Source of the DNA: Chrysemys picta bellii | Lineage: Eukaryota | DNA: 64,000 nucleotides | Direction of reading: 5' to 3' | Assembly (NCBI RefSeq): GCF_011386835.1 | Contig: NC_088791.1 | Coordinates: 350,858,001 to 350,922,000, forward strand | Part shown: positions 22,575 to 34,536 of the stretch, piece after piece | Layout: each line of letters starts with the position of its first letter | Position numbering within the stretch: the stretch's first letter is position 1 | Notes under the pieces: model-generated | What the model saw: the letters and a program-made list of their open reading frames with translations, nothing else | Told to the model about the DNA's origin: nothing | Databases searched by the model: none | Position numbers and translations under genes: made by a program

Positions 22575-23267
22575 CTTTTGCGAAATGTATATAAGGATGT
22601 GAAGTAGGACTGAGGGAGCGTGGTGAGGCTATCCCTGCTTTTCACCCAAGATGTCTGCTGGAACTAACAGAGGCTGAACAGGGGAAAGGATTGGGCCTGG
22701 ACTAGGAATGAGTCTAGTCTGTGAAAGAAGCTTATTGAAACATCTTTGAGGGTGAAATTACCTGTAACAGTTTCTTAGTGTATTAAGCTTAGCCTTGCGT
22801 GTTTGCTTTATTTTGCTTAGTAACCTACTTTGTTCTGTCTGTTATCTCTTATGACCACTTAAATCCTACCTTTTATACTTCATAAAATCACTTTGGTTTA
22901 TTAATAAACACAGGGTAAGTAATTGTTACCTGGGGGGGCAAACAGTCTGTTTATATCTCTCTTTACTTTGAGAATGAGGGTGAATAACATGAACGAATGT
23001 ATCTGGGGTTCAGGCTCCCAGAAAGTCACTGGGATGCTGAGGCCAGTCCCTTTAACGGAGTCTTCCCAGAACTGAGCTGATCTCAGTGTCCATATTTTGC
23101 AGAGGAGTCTGGGCCTATATCCGGGACTGTGCTGGAGGAGGCCTGGAGGATCTAGCTCAACAAGACAGAGTTAAGGAGTGTCCATGTCGGCAGAAGGATT
23201 AGGCTCAGTGGTATCTCAGCAAACCAAGGGGCAGTCCCAAGGGGGTACCGATGAGAGAACCCATCAT
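22575..23267 (+). mobile_element. 5'-truncated LTR, related to the solo LTR at 44469-45646
   Basis: 3' end (ggggcagtcccaagggggt..aacccatcata) matches the reverse complement of 44469-44505. Absent from the paralogs. Confidence 0.7.
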
Positions 23268-25165
23268 ATAAATACTAGACAGTGAGAGCTCAGGGAATGA
23301 ATATTTTCAATAATGATCTTAATGCCTGTTACCACTCCGGATACAGGTCACAGACATACAGAATAGAACCTGAGGAGAACCAGTCAGCTACTAACCAAGG
23401 GACAGAGGGGCTAGTGGATTTTTGTTTGCCGACAAGCGACTGAATGAGGGCTGAGACATTGCAATCTTTTCAGTCTGTGAAGAAATCCAGATGACAGACT
23501 CTACATTTAAGGTCCCATTCTCACCTGATAAATCATCTCTGAAAAAGGATCAGAGGGGAAAGAATTTGTTGACATGAGTGTACTAAAGTACAGATGTGTA
23601 AATTTTATGCTAAACTTTTCATTGTAATACAAATATTGCAAACCAAACTTTCATGACTTGGCATGAAAGCCAGAAGCAGAGTTGTTGGAATCTCTACAGG
23701 AGGGAGGAGTGGTAGCTTTATTGCTTAATGGCTTTTGCTTTACAAAGTAGTTCTGAACATACTGTTTGCAATGGGTTTGTGCCATTAACTCTTTGTTCAT
23801 TGAACAGTTGTATCATACCATCCCCGGGTAACTGACCAGAAGCTTTATCTTAAACTTACATTGAGGGTCATGAACATAATTCCTTTGCAATACTTGTGCA
23901 AGACTTTCCAAAAGGTCATGAGAGAACAGAACCGCTGGCCTCTGTTTCAGCAGAGCAGAGCTGAAGTACAGGAAAGGGGAGTGTATGTAATGTATGTTAG
24001 TGGCTGTATGTAATTTATGCCTATCTACAGTGACACGAGCATGGCTAAAGTAACTTGCACACTCAAGTAGATAGTAGTGCAACCCTAGTGTTTGCACTAT
24101 TCACTCATTTGTGACAACAACTTCTCCACTGCCCAGGTGAACTAGCCCTCTGTGTTAGCTTGTAAGTTCCAGATATCTATAGACGCTTGCACGGGGGTGG
24201 ATGAAGATCCTGTGAGGAAGTCTGTAGTCTGATCAAACCTTCTGGATTCAGTCAAAATTGGCCAGGCAAAGCACTTCAGCACCTGTTGGAGGGACGCTTG
24301 GGGGTCAGAGTGTATCATAGGACAGTATTTGGTAAGGGAAAGTGAATATAGCCCGGTTCTGACTGAATTTACAAATGTAAATCTGGAATGACACAATTGA
24401 AGTCACAATTATTGAATTGAAATCCTGGCCCTAAGAATTTATCTCATGTACTGCAAAGAGGAAGTACCTTAATTTGGACTCTCTGTAGTGGAGAAAATTT
24501 TATAAATATATACACAATTCAGGACAGATGGACAGATAAATACAATGACCGTTTTCACCATGCACTTGCCATGTGTTCATAAATACATCATCATATAATG
24601 GGCCATACTCAGAAGTGGTGGGCTAGAAGGGGTGTCTGTGGTAAATTCACAACTGAAAATTACACAGCGCTCAAGTAGGCTGTAGAACTCCCAGAAACAA
24701 AATATCAATGGGGCAAAAAGCTTAGCAGGTTTCAAAGAGGGACTGTAAGTTTATATGGGTAACTGGAAAATACAATTACAGTGGTGAGGGTGGTTTTAAA
24801 AAGTCTTGGAAGAGATCTAAACCTTCTTGATTTATATGAAAAAAATGAGTTTAGTGGGTGTAAGGGGGAAACTATCCCAGGGAGCAGGTTATCTCATAGC
24901 TGCCTATTGCAGGGCTTTTCCCACCTTCCTCTGAAGCATCTGGAACTGGATACTGGATATTGGGCTAGATGGACTGCTGGTCTGATCCAGTCTTCCTACT
25001 GCTGTAAATCCAAAACTATGTTTTTGCTTATCTTTCTTGAGCTCCTGGGAGTCTCTAGAGTTGCACTGAGAGGAGAAAGATGTCTAGTTAAATATAATTT
25101 AGTCTCCTGTTCTTTTTTCTTTCAGGAAGGAAAATTCAAAATTCCTTTGACCTGCCCAGCCCGTT

Positions 25166-26101
25166 ATGTCAGCTGTCAATAACACCAAATTCAATTCTGC
25201 AGTGTTCCTTCTCACCGGGATACCTGGTCAGGAAGAAATCCATCTCTGGATCTCCATCCCCTTCTGCTTAACATATGTTATTTCGATATTAGGAAATTCA
25301 GTCATCCTGTTCATTATAAAAACAGATCCAAGCCTCCATGAGCCCATGTACATTTTCCTTTCCATGTTGGCCATCACAGACCTTGGTTTATCGATTGCCA
25401 CCATGTCGACAACACTGGGTATTTTCTTGTTTAACTCTAGGGAGATCAGCTTCAATGCCTGTTTTGTGCAGCTGTTCTTCATCCACTCGCTTCAGTGCAC
25501 TGAATCCTCTGTGCTATTATTGATGGCCTTTGACCGCTTCATCGCGATCCATGACCCGCTGAAATATGCTTCCATCTTAAACCCACAGAGAATACACAAG
25601 ATGGGACTGGTGTTTGTGCTGAAAGGGGTGGCAATAATATTCCCACTCCCCTTTCTCCTGAAACGGTTCCAATACTGTCAAACAAATGTCCTCTCCCATT
25701 CCTACTGCCTGCACCAGGAGGTCATGAAGATGGCTTGCTCGGATATCACAGTCAACAGCATCTATGGTTTGTCTGTTGCACTCTTAACGGTGGGGTTGGA
25801 CTTGCTGCTCATCTTCCTATCTTATGTTATGATCCTCAAAACAGTGCTGAGCATCGCGTCCAATGCTGAGTGCCTCAGGGCCCTGAACACCTGCGTTTCC
25901 CACCTCTGCGCCGTCCTGCTCTTCTATACGCCAATGATCGGCCTGTCTGTGGTACACAGATTTGGAAAGGGCTCTTCTCCCTTAATTCAGATTCTTCTGG
26001 GTTACATCTACCTGCTGGCCCCACCCCTGATTAACCCAATTGTGTACAGTGTGAAAAGCAAACATCTTCGTGCGAGGATAATCAGGGTGTTCATCAAGTG
26101 A
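25166..26101 (+). CDS. Class I olfactory receptor, OR51 family (311 aa)
   Basis: LHEPMY, MAFDRFIAIHDPLKY (C>H), RALNTCVSHL, VHRFG, PPLINPIVY. Acceptor AG ends at 25125. Confidence 0.93.
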   Translation: MSAVNNTKFNSAVFLLTGIPGQEEIHLWISIPFCLTYVISILGNSVILFIIKTDPSLHEPMYIFLSMLAITDLGLSIATMSTTLGIFLFNSREISFNACFVQLFFIHSLQCTESSVLLLMAFDRFIAIHDPLKYASILNPQRIHKMGLVFVLKGVAIIFPLPFLLKRFQYCQTNVLSHSYCLHQEVMKMACSDITVNSIYGLSVALLTVGLDLLLIFLSYVMILKTVLSIASNAECLRALNTCVSHLCAVLLFYTPMIGLSVVHRFGKGSSPLIQILLGYIYLLAPPLINPIVYSVKSKHLRARIIRVFIK

Positions 26102-26164
26102 GGGGTCAGTTCATCACCTGATTCCAATGCTGGTGACATGGGAGACCAAAAACATGGGCTACCT

Positions 26165-27026
26165 TTTATCAATGCGGCCTTTGGCGGGACACAACTGAGA
26201 GTATCAATTCAGGACAAATTGCTTGGAGCCGGGCAGTCACAGCCCAAGGCTAGGGGTCCTTTACCATAGTCTAAGGCACACCAAACCAGCCAAACAGAGA
26301 GGACTTCGGTTTCACCCCATTGGCTAACCAGAAGTCATACAAGCAATTCCCTCAGACACTCCAGTTTCCCAGTATCACCACCAGCACCACTCCTTATGGG
26401 GATGATTGGTTATGAAAACCAATACCCCAGTAAAAGAAAAAAGGTTCTCCTGATCCCAAAGGACCAGGCCTAAGACCCAGGTCAATACACAAGTCAGACC
26501 TTATCCATAAATCACTCTGTTGCCAATCCTTTAGAATCTAAAATCTAAAGGTTTATTCATTAAAAGAAAGAAATATAGATGAGAGTTAAAATTGGTTAAA
26601 TGAAATTAATTATATACAGTAATGGCCAAGTTCTTGTTTCAGGCTTGTATAATAAGAATAAACTGCTGGCTTAAGTTAAGTCTCTGGAGTACGTCCCCAG
26701 CTGGGATGGGTCATACAGTCCATTGTTCAGAGCTTCTGTTTGTAGCAAAGTTCCTCCAGAGGTAAGAAGCAGGATTGAAGACAAAATGGAGAAGATGGAG
26801 CTGCCTTTTATAGTCTCTTGCCATGTGGCCTGTGCTTCCTTTGTTCCAGACACAAGCTGCCCAGCACATGGCTTGGAAGCCTTAGAGTTCTCTCCATAGG
26901 CATGTCCCTGCATGCCTTGCTGAGTCACAGGGTGTATCTGCCTTCTCTCAATGGGTCAGGTATATAGCTGATGGTCCTTAATGGGCCATCAAACAGGCTA
27001 GGCAGTGCTGATGCCATATTGTCTGG
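26165..27026. mobile_element. LTR, truncated at the junction with the pseudogene upstream region
   Basis: Homology to the paralogous 3' flank stops at about 26163. LTR-like sequence runs to gtctgg (27026), then OR51 intron-homologous sequence resumes. No TSD. Confidence 0.6.
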
Positions 27027-27252
27027 ATACTAGGCTAGATGGACTGTGGGCCTGATCCAGTCTGGAAGTGCCTATAATTTTATCAGTGATGTAAATCCAA
27101 GACTATTTTTTTTTATGGTTTTCCTTGAGCTCCTGGAAGTCTCTAGACTTGCACTGAAAGCAGAAAAATGTCTTGTTAAATATCATCAAGCCTCCTGTAC
27201 TTTTTCCTTTCAGGAAGGAAAGTTGAAATTCCTCGGACCTGTCCAATCCTTT

Positions 27253-28173
27253 GTGCCAGCTGTAAATGACACCAAATTCAAATCTGCAGTGTTCACTAGG
27301 ATACCTGGGCAGGAAGATGTCCATCTCTGGATCTCTAACCCTTTTTGCTTAATGTATGCTATTTCTATATTAGTAAATTCAATCATTCTGTTCATTATTG
27401 AAACAGTTCCGAGCCTCCATTAGCCCTTGTACCTTTTACTTTCCATGTTGGCCATCACAAACCTTGGCTTATCAATATCCACTATACCGACGATACTGGG
27501 CATATCCTTGTTTAACTCTATGGAGATCAGCTTCAATGCCTGTTTAGCCCAGCTGTTCTTCATCCACTTGCTTCAATTCATTGAATCCTCCATGCTCTTG
27601 TTGATGGCCTTTGACCGCTTCATCGCAATCTTTTACCCTGATGAGATATGCTTCCATCTTAACCCTGCAGAAAATAACCAAGATGAGACTCATGTTTGTG
27701 ATAAGAGGATTGGCTGTAATATTCCCACTATTGAAATGGTTCCACTGCTGTCAAGACAATGTCCTCTCCCATTCCTACTGCCTGCACCAGGAGGTCATGA
27801 AGATGGATTGTTCGGATATCAGAGTGAACAGCATCTATGGCTTGTTTACTAAACTCTTAACAATGGGGTTGGACTCGCTGCTCATCTTCCTTTCTTATGT
27901 GATGATTCTCAAAACAGTGCTGTGCATCACATCCCACACGGAGTGCCTCAGGGCCTTGAACACTTGTTTCTCCCACCTCTGTGCCATCCTGGTCTTCTAC
28001 ACGCCAGATATTGGCCTGGCTGTGATACATAGATTTGGAAATAGCTCTTCTCACTTGCTTCAAATGGTCCTGGATTATGTCTACCTGCCGGTCCCACCCC
28101 GATAAATACAATCGTGTACAGCATAACAAGCAAACACCTTCTTGCGAGAATAATTAGGGCATTTGTCAAGTGA
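27253..28173 (+). pseudogene. OR51-family pseudogene
   Basis: ATG>GTG at 27253, in-frame TAG at 27421 (HEP>H*P), +1 frameshift near 27640, -1 frameshift near 28100, and 6 and 9 nt in-frame deletions. Confidence 0.93.
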
Positions 28174-28670
28174 AGTGTCAGTTCGTGAACTAGCTCCAGC
28201 ACTGCTGACAAGGGAGATGATAAACATGGGCCACCAATTCCATCCTGGACCCTTAGATCCAAGACTATATGAGCTACTGAACTCCATTCTGTTGAAAGAG
28301 TTTCAGAAAAGGTCTAAGGCCTGGAGCTATGGGAGAGGGGCTGGTCCAGGGAGGACTGTGCACTGGGGGAAGGACACCAAGGCAGGCAGCAGCATTTACA
28401 AAGTGACTGTGTTAGTGGAGAGCCAGGGGACCGGTGGTTTGTTGGCCCATAAAGATCTATATCGGTGGCTGCTCCTACCTCAGAATTCCTCTCGATACAG
28501 TCAATAAAGAGAAGGGATGTGGATGTTGTTTTCCATTACACCTGGCCTGTCACTGTCCCATCTCTGGTTAAACATCCACGGGCCATGAGAAAAGCTGCAA
28601 AGTCCTGGTCCTTCCTGATTGCTTTGGGTGCTGCGTGATCCATGGTGTGGACAGGGGCTATTCAAGGGGC

Positions 28671-29039
28671 CACAGGCGCTGGCTCCATGAGTGCTCCGGG
28701 GGTGGAGCACCCACGGGGAAAAATTAGTGGGTGCTCTGCACCCACCAGCCAAGCTCCCCCTCCTCACTTCCTTCTCCCCCCAGTACGCAGTGTCCCTGCT
28801 CCTCCCCCTCCTTCACAGCCCTTTCCACCTCCCCATTGCCTAACAGCTGTTTGGCGGCACTTAGGAAATTCTGGGAGGGAGGGGGAAGAGGTGGAGAAGA
28901 GGCGGGAAGGGGGCGGGGACTTTGGGGAAGGGGTGGGAAGGGGGGCGGGATGAGGGTGGTGCAGGCATGGGGAAGAGACGGGGCCAGGGGCGGAGGGGGG
29001 TTAAGCACCCACCGGGCAGAGGGAAAGTTGGTGCCTATG
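28671..29039. mobile_element. hAT MITE
   Basis: TIR-like ends cacaggcgct / ggtgcctatg, 8 bp TSD CAAGGGGC at 28663-28670 and 29040-29047. Empty site in the paralog near 33200. Confidence 0.85.
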
Positions 29040-29336
29040 CAAGGGGCATGGACACCCACCCTTTCCCCACTCCCTCAGCCAGTTGCTGGTGACTGAGTCA
29101 TGTCAGAGACCTGATTAACACAGGAGCTCCAGGAAAAGCCATGTAGGCAGTACACCCTCTCTGCCCCCATTGATGGCTCTGCACATGCACACCTATGTAG
29201 TGCACCCCCAGCTGACCGTAATACCCCCAAGGCAGGGCAGAGCTGCGAGTGTGAATGAAGGTCTGACACATAGGAGTCCTGGCAAGAGACACAGGCCAGG
29301 TCCCCCCACCAGTCTCCTCTGTTTGTGCTGCCCCAG

Positions 29337-30067
29337 TGTACGGGGAGACTTTGGCAAAACGGTAAAGTGCCTGAAACCACTATGACTTATTGTTAAAAAG
29401 CCTAATCAGCAAGCTGTAAATTGGCCAGTCAGCAAACTCAGCTTGACCAAAGCAGGTGGGGAGGGGGTTTTGGGGTGCCACAGAAGGGGCAGCTTGACCC
29501 CGCATCCTTCCTGATAAGAATTGTGTTGAAGTTGCTGATACATGCATTTTTAAAAGAGCAGGAATGTCTATTGGGGTCTCAGAGCTGCAGACTCTGGAAA
29601 AACCCACACCTGGTTAATCAATAATCAGAAGGATCCTCTTGCTTGAAACTGTTTACTTAATAAGGTTTCTTTAAGGGACATGTCATTCTATTACTAATGT
29701 ATAAATTAGGGGCAAACGCTTGAGATGGGGGGACTCTCCTTTGGGGAGACTCTTCAGGACTGGTCTCTCCCTCTGGATGCATCTTGAGTTCCTCAGTGGC
29801 AGTCGGGCTCCCACTGTGCCACTCGAAAGCCCCACTCAGTGTTGGTAATTATCAAGGGTTGGGGGTGTTTTACTAACTTGTTGCGGAGGTATGTGAGTGC
29901 TTGAGACTAGTAAAGTTTAGCTTTAAGTGAAAGCACTCGTGTGTTGTCCTGTTTGCGCCAGCCATCTATCGGTCGGACGGCCGTGTCTCCCCTCATTTAT
30001 GTCCTGACACCTCCTCGCACAGAGTAAAGTTACCAAGAGCTTTGGATTGAAAGAACCCCAGGTAACA
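29337..30067 (+). mobile_element. Solo LTR (731 bp)
   Basis: TG...CA termini, 4 bp TSD CCAG at 29333-29336 and 30068-30071. Empty site in cassette A near 18375. Confidence 0.85.
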
Positions 30068-30153
30068 CCAGCTGCTTGCAAAGGGGTGGAAACAATCCTC
30101 TGCTCCCCAACAGAGGAACAACTAGCTCCTAGCACAGAACAGCCCGTTAACTG

Positions 30154-30573
30154 TAGGGTGATCACCTTTTCAAAAGGCAAAAGCAGGACACAGGCAGGAG
30201 CCCAACCACCTCTATGACCCACCCCTGCCCCTCTTCTTCCCCCCAAGCCCCACTCACTGGCCAGGCCGGAACACAGAGCCAGGCCTTGATAAGAACATCC
30301 CAGGGATCCCGGCCCGCTGTGGAGAACCGTGGACCGTCCACCTGCCTTGAGCTCGGAGCAGGGCCTCTGGAGAAAGAGGAGCAGGGGGCGGGGCTTCATA
30401 CCGAGAGGGCTCTAAGGACCATCTCAGCCTCCCTACCTGGAAAAGGGAGTTGTGGATCATCACTACAAGGAATTTGGGACAGATGTTATCCTGGAGTCAT
30501 TTAGCCTGGGACCAAGAGTCAAAGGCTGCATTTTGGGACTCTGCCACCCAGTTCGGGATGGGTGATCACCCTA
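30154..30573. mobile_element. hAT-like MITE (tagggtgatca TIRs)
   Basis: TIRs tagggtgatca / tgatcacccta. Homologous remnants at about 18468 and about 32480-32832(-), so it predates the duplication. Confidence 0.65.
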
Positions 30574-30879
30574 ATTCAGTGGTTATTGGAGGAGGTTTGT
30601 TGGAGACTCTCCCCTTTAAGGATAGGAGAGATTAGAGGGGTCAGTCAACCTTTGCTCCAGGGTGTGGCCCTTTAAACTTCCTGTGACTTTTGGAGCTGAC
30701 AGAGGCCTAGTAGAGGCAGCTACTGGGAGAAAGGAAGATGGTCCTTGGTAATAGCTAAAGCTTTGGGAAACCCCAGGCTACTGTTTATTTAAGGGCCTGG
30801 GGCTGGGGCCTTGTAGTGTAGGGCAGGGGGGCGTGTCCTCTTTCGGAACATGGGTGTCACCAGCAGGGGAAGTTCTGCC

Positions 30880-31880
30880 CAGTGGCGTTAATAGCTCTGT
30901 CCTACCGCAAGGGGTGTTGTGCTGGTAAATACGTTACTGATTGAAAGCTGCTCGGACTCTACAATACCTGGGATCAGAGCTAAGTGCCGTAGAGAGATTT
31001 CAGCTCTGTGTGCCTCATACAGGTAATTTGGGGCACTGGGTGGAGAACCTGAACTCTTCCCAACACCCCTTGGGGATGAGGCCTGTCATTAGCACAGCCC
31101 CCTTTGACGAGGGAGTTCTGGGCCCCGCCTGCAGCTCGGCAGTAAGAGGGGGAATCAGGATGTGTTTTCAGAGAGTGAAGGATCTGGAGAGTGTTGCCTG
31201 GCCGAACAAAGCCCTGCTGCGATGCACGTCTGTCTGATCCTGACCCCATCTGCTCCATGAGCAATGAGAGCCACTCTAGTGCTAGAAATAGACCTTCCAC
31301 CCTGCATCCAAATTTCCAACAGCTGGGAGTTGCTGAATCTGGGAGAGGGGGTTGTTTGGGGTCCCAATCAAAGCTAGGAACAGGCATTTGGAGCTGGGTT
31401 TGGGTCACACCCCTTTCTATTAATAATTTGCATGGCCTTGCCTACCTGACATGTGCATGTCTCATGATTCAACATGAGGATAGTCCCTCTGCGCTGTGCC
31501 TCAGGTACCAGTGGCTCTGCGAGCCCATCACTGTTATGTCCGGCTATCTGTGGCATAACCCTTTTCCTTACAACAGGAGGCTCTGTAAGCCAGTGCAGAG
31601 GGAAACAGTGTCTCTTCCACTGACCAATTGCATGACCTGTCCACTCACTAACCCTCAGAACCTTTGTTTGTGGGAGTTCTGCTTGTGATGAGGCCAGCAG
31701 CACCCCCCTCTTAGGATTTTATTGGGAGTCTCACACTATTTCCTGTCGTTCTTAAAGCCCCAACTTCTGGAATCAAGAAACTGAACAGGAATCTCAGCTT
31801 TTAGTTTTTTAAAAAACTTTATTTTTTTTCTAAAGTGAGTTGTTGAAAAGCTAAAAAACCTGCTGCAGGTGCACTGCAAC
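30880..31880 (+). repeat. Intergenic block X, copy 2
   Basis: Colinear with 8935-9870. Confidence 0.85.
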
Positions 31881-32846
31881 GTCTCAGACACCAAAGACAA
31901 ATGAAATCCACTACCTACCCCTCACTGTCATCCCTGAGCACTCCCACATCTGCCACAGACACCAAGGTGATGGACTCATGGGGCTTCCCAGAACCAGCTG
32001 TCATAGGGGGCTGTGGTAAGAGGCCTTTCATAGACAAAGTTGTTGCTCTGTGGAATGCTGACATAGCCCTGTTCTTAGGGTCTCACAGTATCTGAACACC
32101 TTGAATGTACTTATTCTCCCGCCACTGCAGTGAGGCAGGGCAGGGCTATTATCCACCTGAGCATAGGCTCAGAGACAGCCAATGGCTTGCCCATGGTCAC
32201 ATATTGCAAGAGCATCAAACTCAAATCTCTTGAGTCACACAGCAGTCCTAGAGCACAGGACCAGCCTTCCAAGCAGTGACAGACACGGCTGGATTCTCTG
32301 CTTCACCAGAGCCAGTTAAAGGGGGTTGATTCTCTGGCCTGTTCTCCACCTGCCTCAGGGGAGTTTAGAGCAGCCTGGGGGCTGGGCTGACCACCACCCC
32401 TTCGTAACGGCTCCCAAGAGCACAGCTCACTCTGTCCAAGTCTGAATTCTTTGCAGTATCGCTCTACGCCTACCTGGCATTCATGGGCGGTGCCAGCTCT
32501 TCCTGGTCGGGGGGAGGGCTGAGTAGGTACTTAGGTCCCCTTCACAATGAGGCCCTTCCCCTGGTCCTCTTTCCCCCAAGGCCCTGCCACCATCCCAGGG
32601 CAGGTGGAGGTTCCAGGGTCCCTCCCCACCCCCTGTAGCCCTTTCTCCCTGGGCAGCTCTTACCTCGGCCTGGGTCTGGCTTCTGGCCTAGCCAGTGGGT
32701 AGGGCTTGGGGGAAAGAGATGGGGCAGGGTGTGGAGATTTGAGGGGAAGAAGAGGGGCAGGGTGGGGTCAGAGAAGAGATGGAGATCCTACATGTGTTCT
32801 ATTTTTCCCATTGGAAAAGGTTGTCTCCCTACACTGAATGGGCTGG

Positions 32847-32923
32847 GCTTCCCAAGAGAGGCACGGTTAGCTCCGATCCGATTGGAGATGGGATCGGAGC
32901 TAACCGTGCCTCTCTTGGGAAGC
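32847..32923. repeat. Perfect 33 bp inverted repeat with 11 nt spacer
   Basis: gcttcccaagagaggcacggttagctccgatcc (32847-32879) and its exact reverse complement (32891-32923). Confidence 0.97.
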
Positions 32924-33361
32924 TGAGGCCTGTTTTCACCCCTTTGCATTAGTCTCTTGCCAGGACTCCTGTGTATCAGACCCCAACTCACACCACAGCT
33001 CTGCTCTGGCTTGGTGGCATTATGGCCATCTGGGGTTGGGATCAGCAGGCGTGTGGTGTGTACAGAGCCATCAACAGGGGTGCAGGGGGTGTTACCTGAA
33101 TGGCTTCTCCTGGGGCTCCTGCATTAATCATGTCTCTGACACAACTCAGTCACAAACCCCTGGCTGAGGTATAGGGGAAGGGTGAGTGTCCTTGTCCCTT
33201 GAATAGCTCCTGTGTACAGCTGGTGCAGCATCCATGGATCACACAGCACCCAGAGCGTTCAGGAAATGTCAGCACTGTGACTGCAGAACAGCTCTGCAGC
33301 GTTTTTCATAGCTCATAGATGTTTAACCAGAGACGGGACAATGACAGGCCAGGTGTAATGG

Positions 33362-34187
33362 TGTCATAACTATAAAGGGAAGGGTAACAGCCCTCCTGTG
33401 TACAATACTATAAAATCCCTCCTGGCCAGAGATTCCAAAATCCTTTTCCCTGTAAAGGGTTAAGAAGCTCAGGTAACCTGGCTGGCATCTGACCCAAAGA
33501 ACCAATAAGGGGACAAGATACTTTCAAGTCTTGGTGGGGGGAAGGATTTTGTTTGTGCTCTTTGTTTTGGGGGTGGTTGGCTCTTGGGACTGAGAGGGAC
33601 CAGACATCAATCCAGGTTCTCCGCATCTTTCTAAACAAGTCTCTCATATTTCAAACTTGTAAGTAAACAGCCAGGCAAGGCGTGTTAGTTTTTATCTTTG
33701 TTTTCTCAACTTGTAAATGTACCTTTTTGCTAGAGTGTTTATCTCTGTTTGCTGTAACTTTGAACCTAAGGCTAGAGGGGATTCCTCTGGGCTCTTTAAG
33801 TTTGATTACCCTGTAAAGTTATTTTCCCTCCTGATTTTACAGAGATGATTTTTACCTTTTTCTTTAATTAAAAGCCTTCTTTTTAAGAACCTGATTGATT
33901 TTTTCCCTTGTTTTTAGATCCAAGGGGTTGGATCTTGATCCACCAGGAGTTGGTGGAAGGAAGGAGGGGGGATGGTTAATTTCTCCTTGTTTTAAGATCC
34001 AAGGGGTTTGGATCTGTATTCACCAGGGAATTGGTGAAGAGTTTCTCAAGGCTACCCAGGGAAGGGAATTAACATTTTGGGAGTGGTGGCAGCGGACCAG
34101 ATCTAAGCTGGTAGTTGAGCTTAGAAGTTTTCATGCAGGCCCCCACATTTGTACCCTAAAGTTCAAAGTGGGGAAACAGCCTTGACA
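33362..34187 (+). mobile_element. Solo LTR (826 bp)
   Basis: TGTCA...TGACA termini, 5 bp TSD AATGG at 33357-33361 and 34188-34192. Empty sites in paralogs (gtgtaatgggaaacaac). Confidence 0.92.
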
Positions 34188-34536
34188 AATGGGAACCAAC
34201 ATCCACATCCCTTCTCTTTATTGACTGTATAGACAGGAGTTCTGAAAGGGGAGCAGCCACTGATATGGCTCTTTATGGGCCAACATCCCACCGGTCCCCT
34301 GGCTCTCCACGAACACAGTCACTCTATAAATGCTGCTGCCTGCCTTGGTCTCCATCCCGCAGTGAGCTGTCCTCCTTCACCAGCCTCTGTCCTTAGACCC
34401 CACCTGAACCTTTCTCTACAGAGAGGAGATTAGGAGATCATGTCATCTCAGATGCAAGGGTCCAGGTTGGATTAGATGGCCTGTGTTTTTTGTCCCCTGT
34501 GTCACAAGCGCTGGAGCCAGGTGATGAACTGAACCT

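Noticed and set aside
32100-32240. Similarity between 32100 and 52380 as a marker of the inversion breakpoint
   Set aside because: Both look like MIR/CORE-SINE fragments, so the similarity need not be paralogy.
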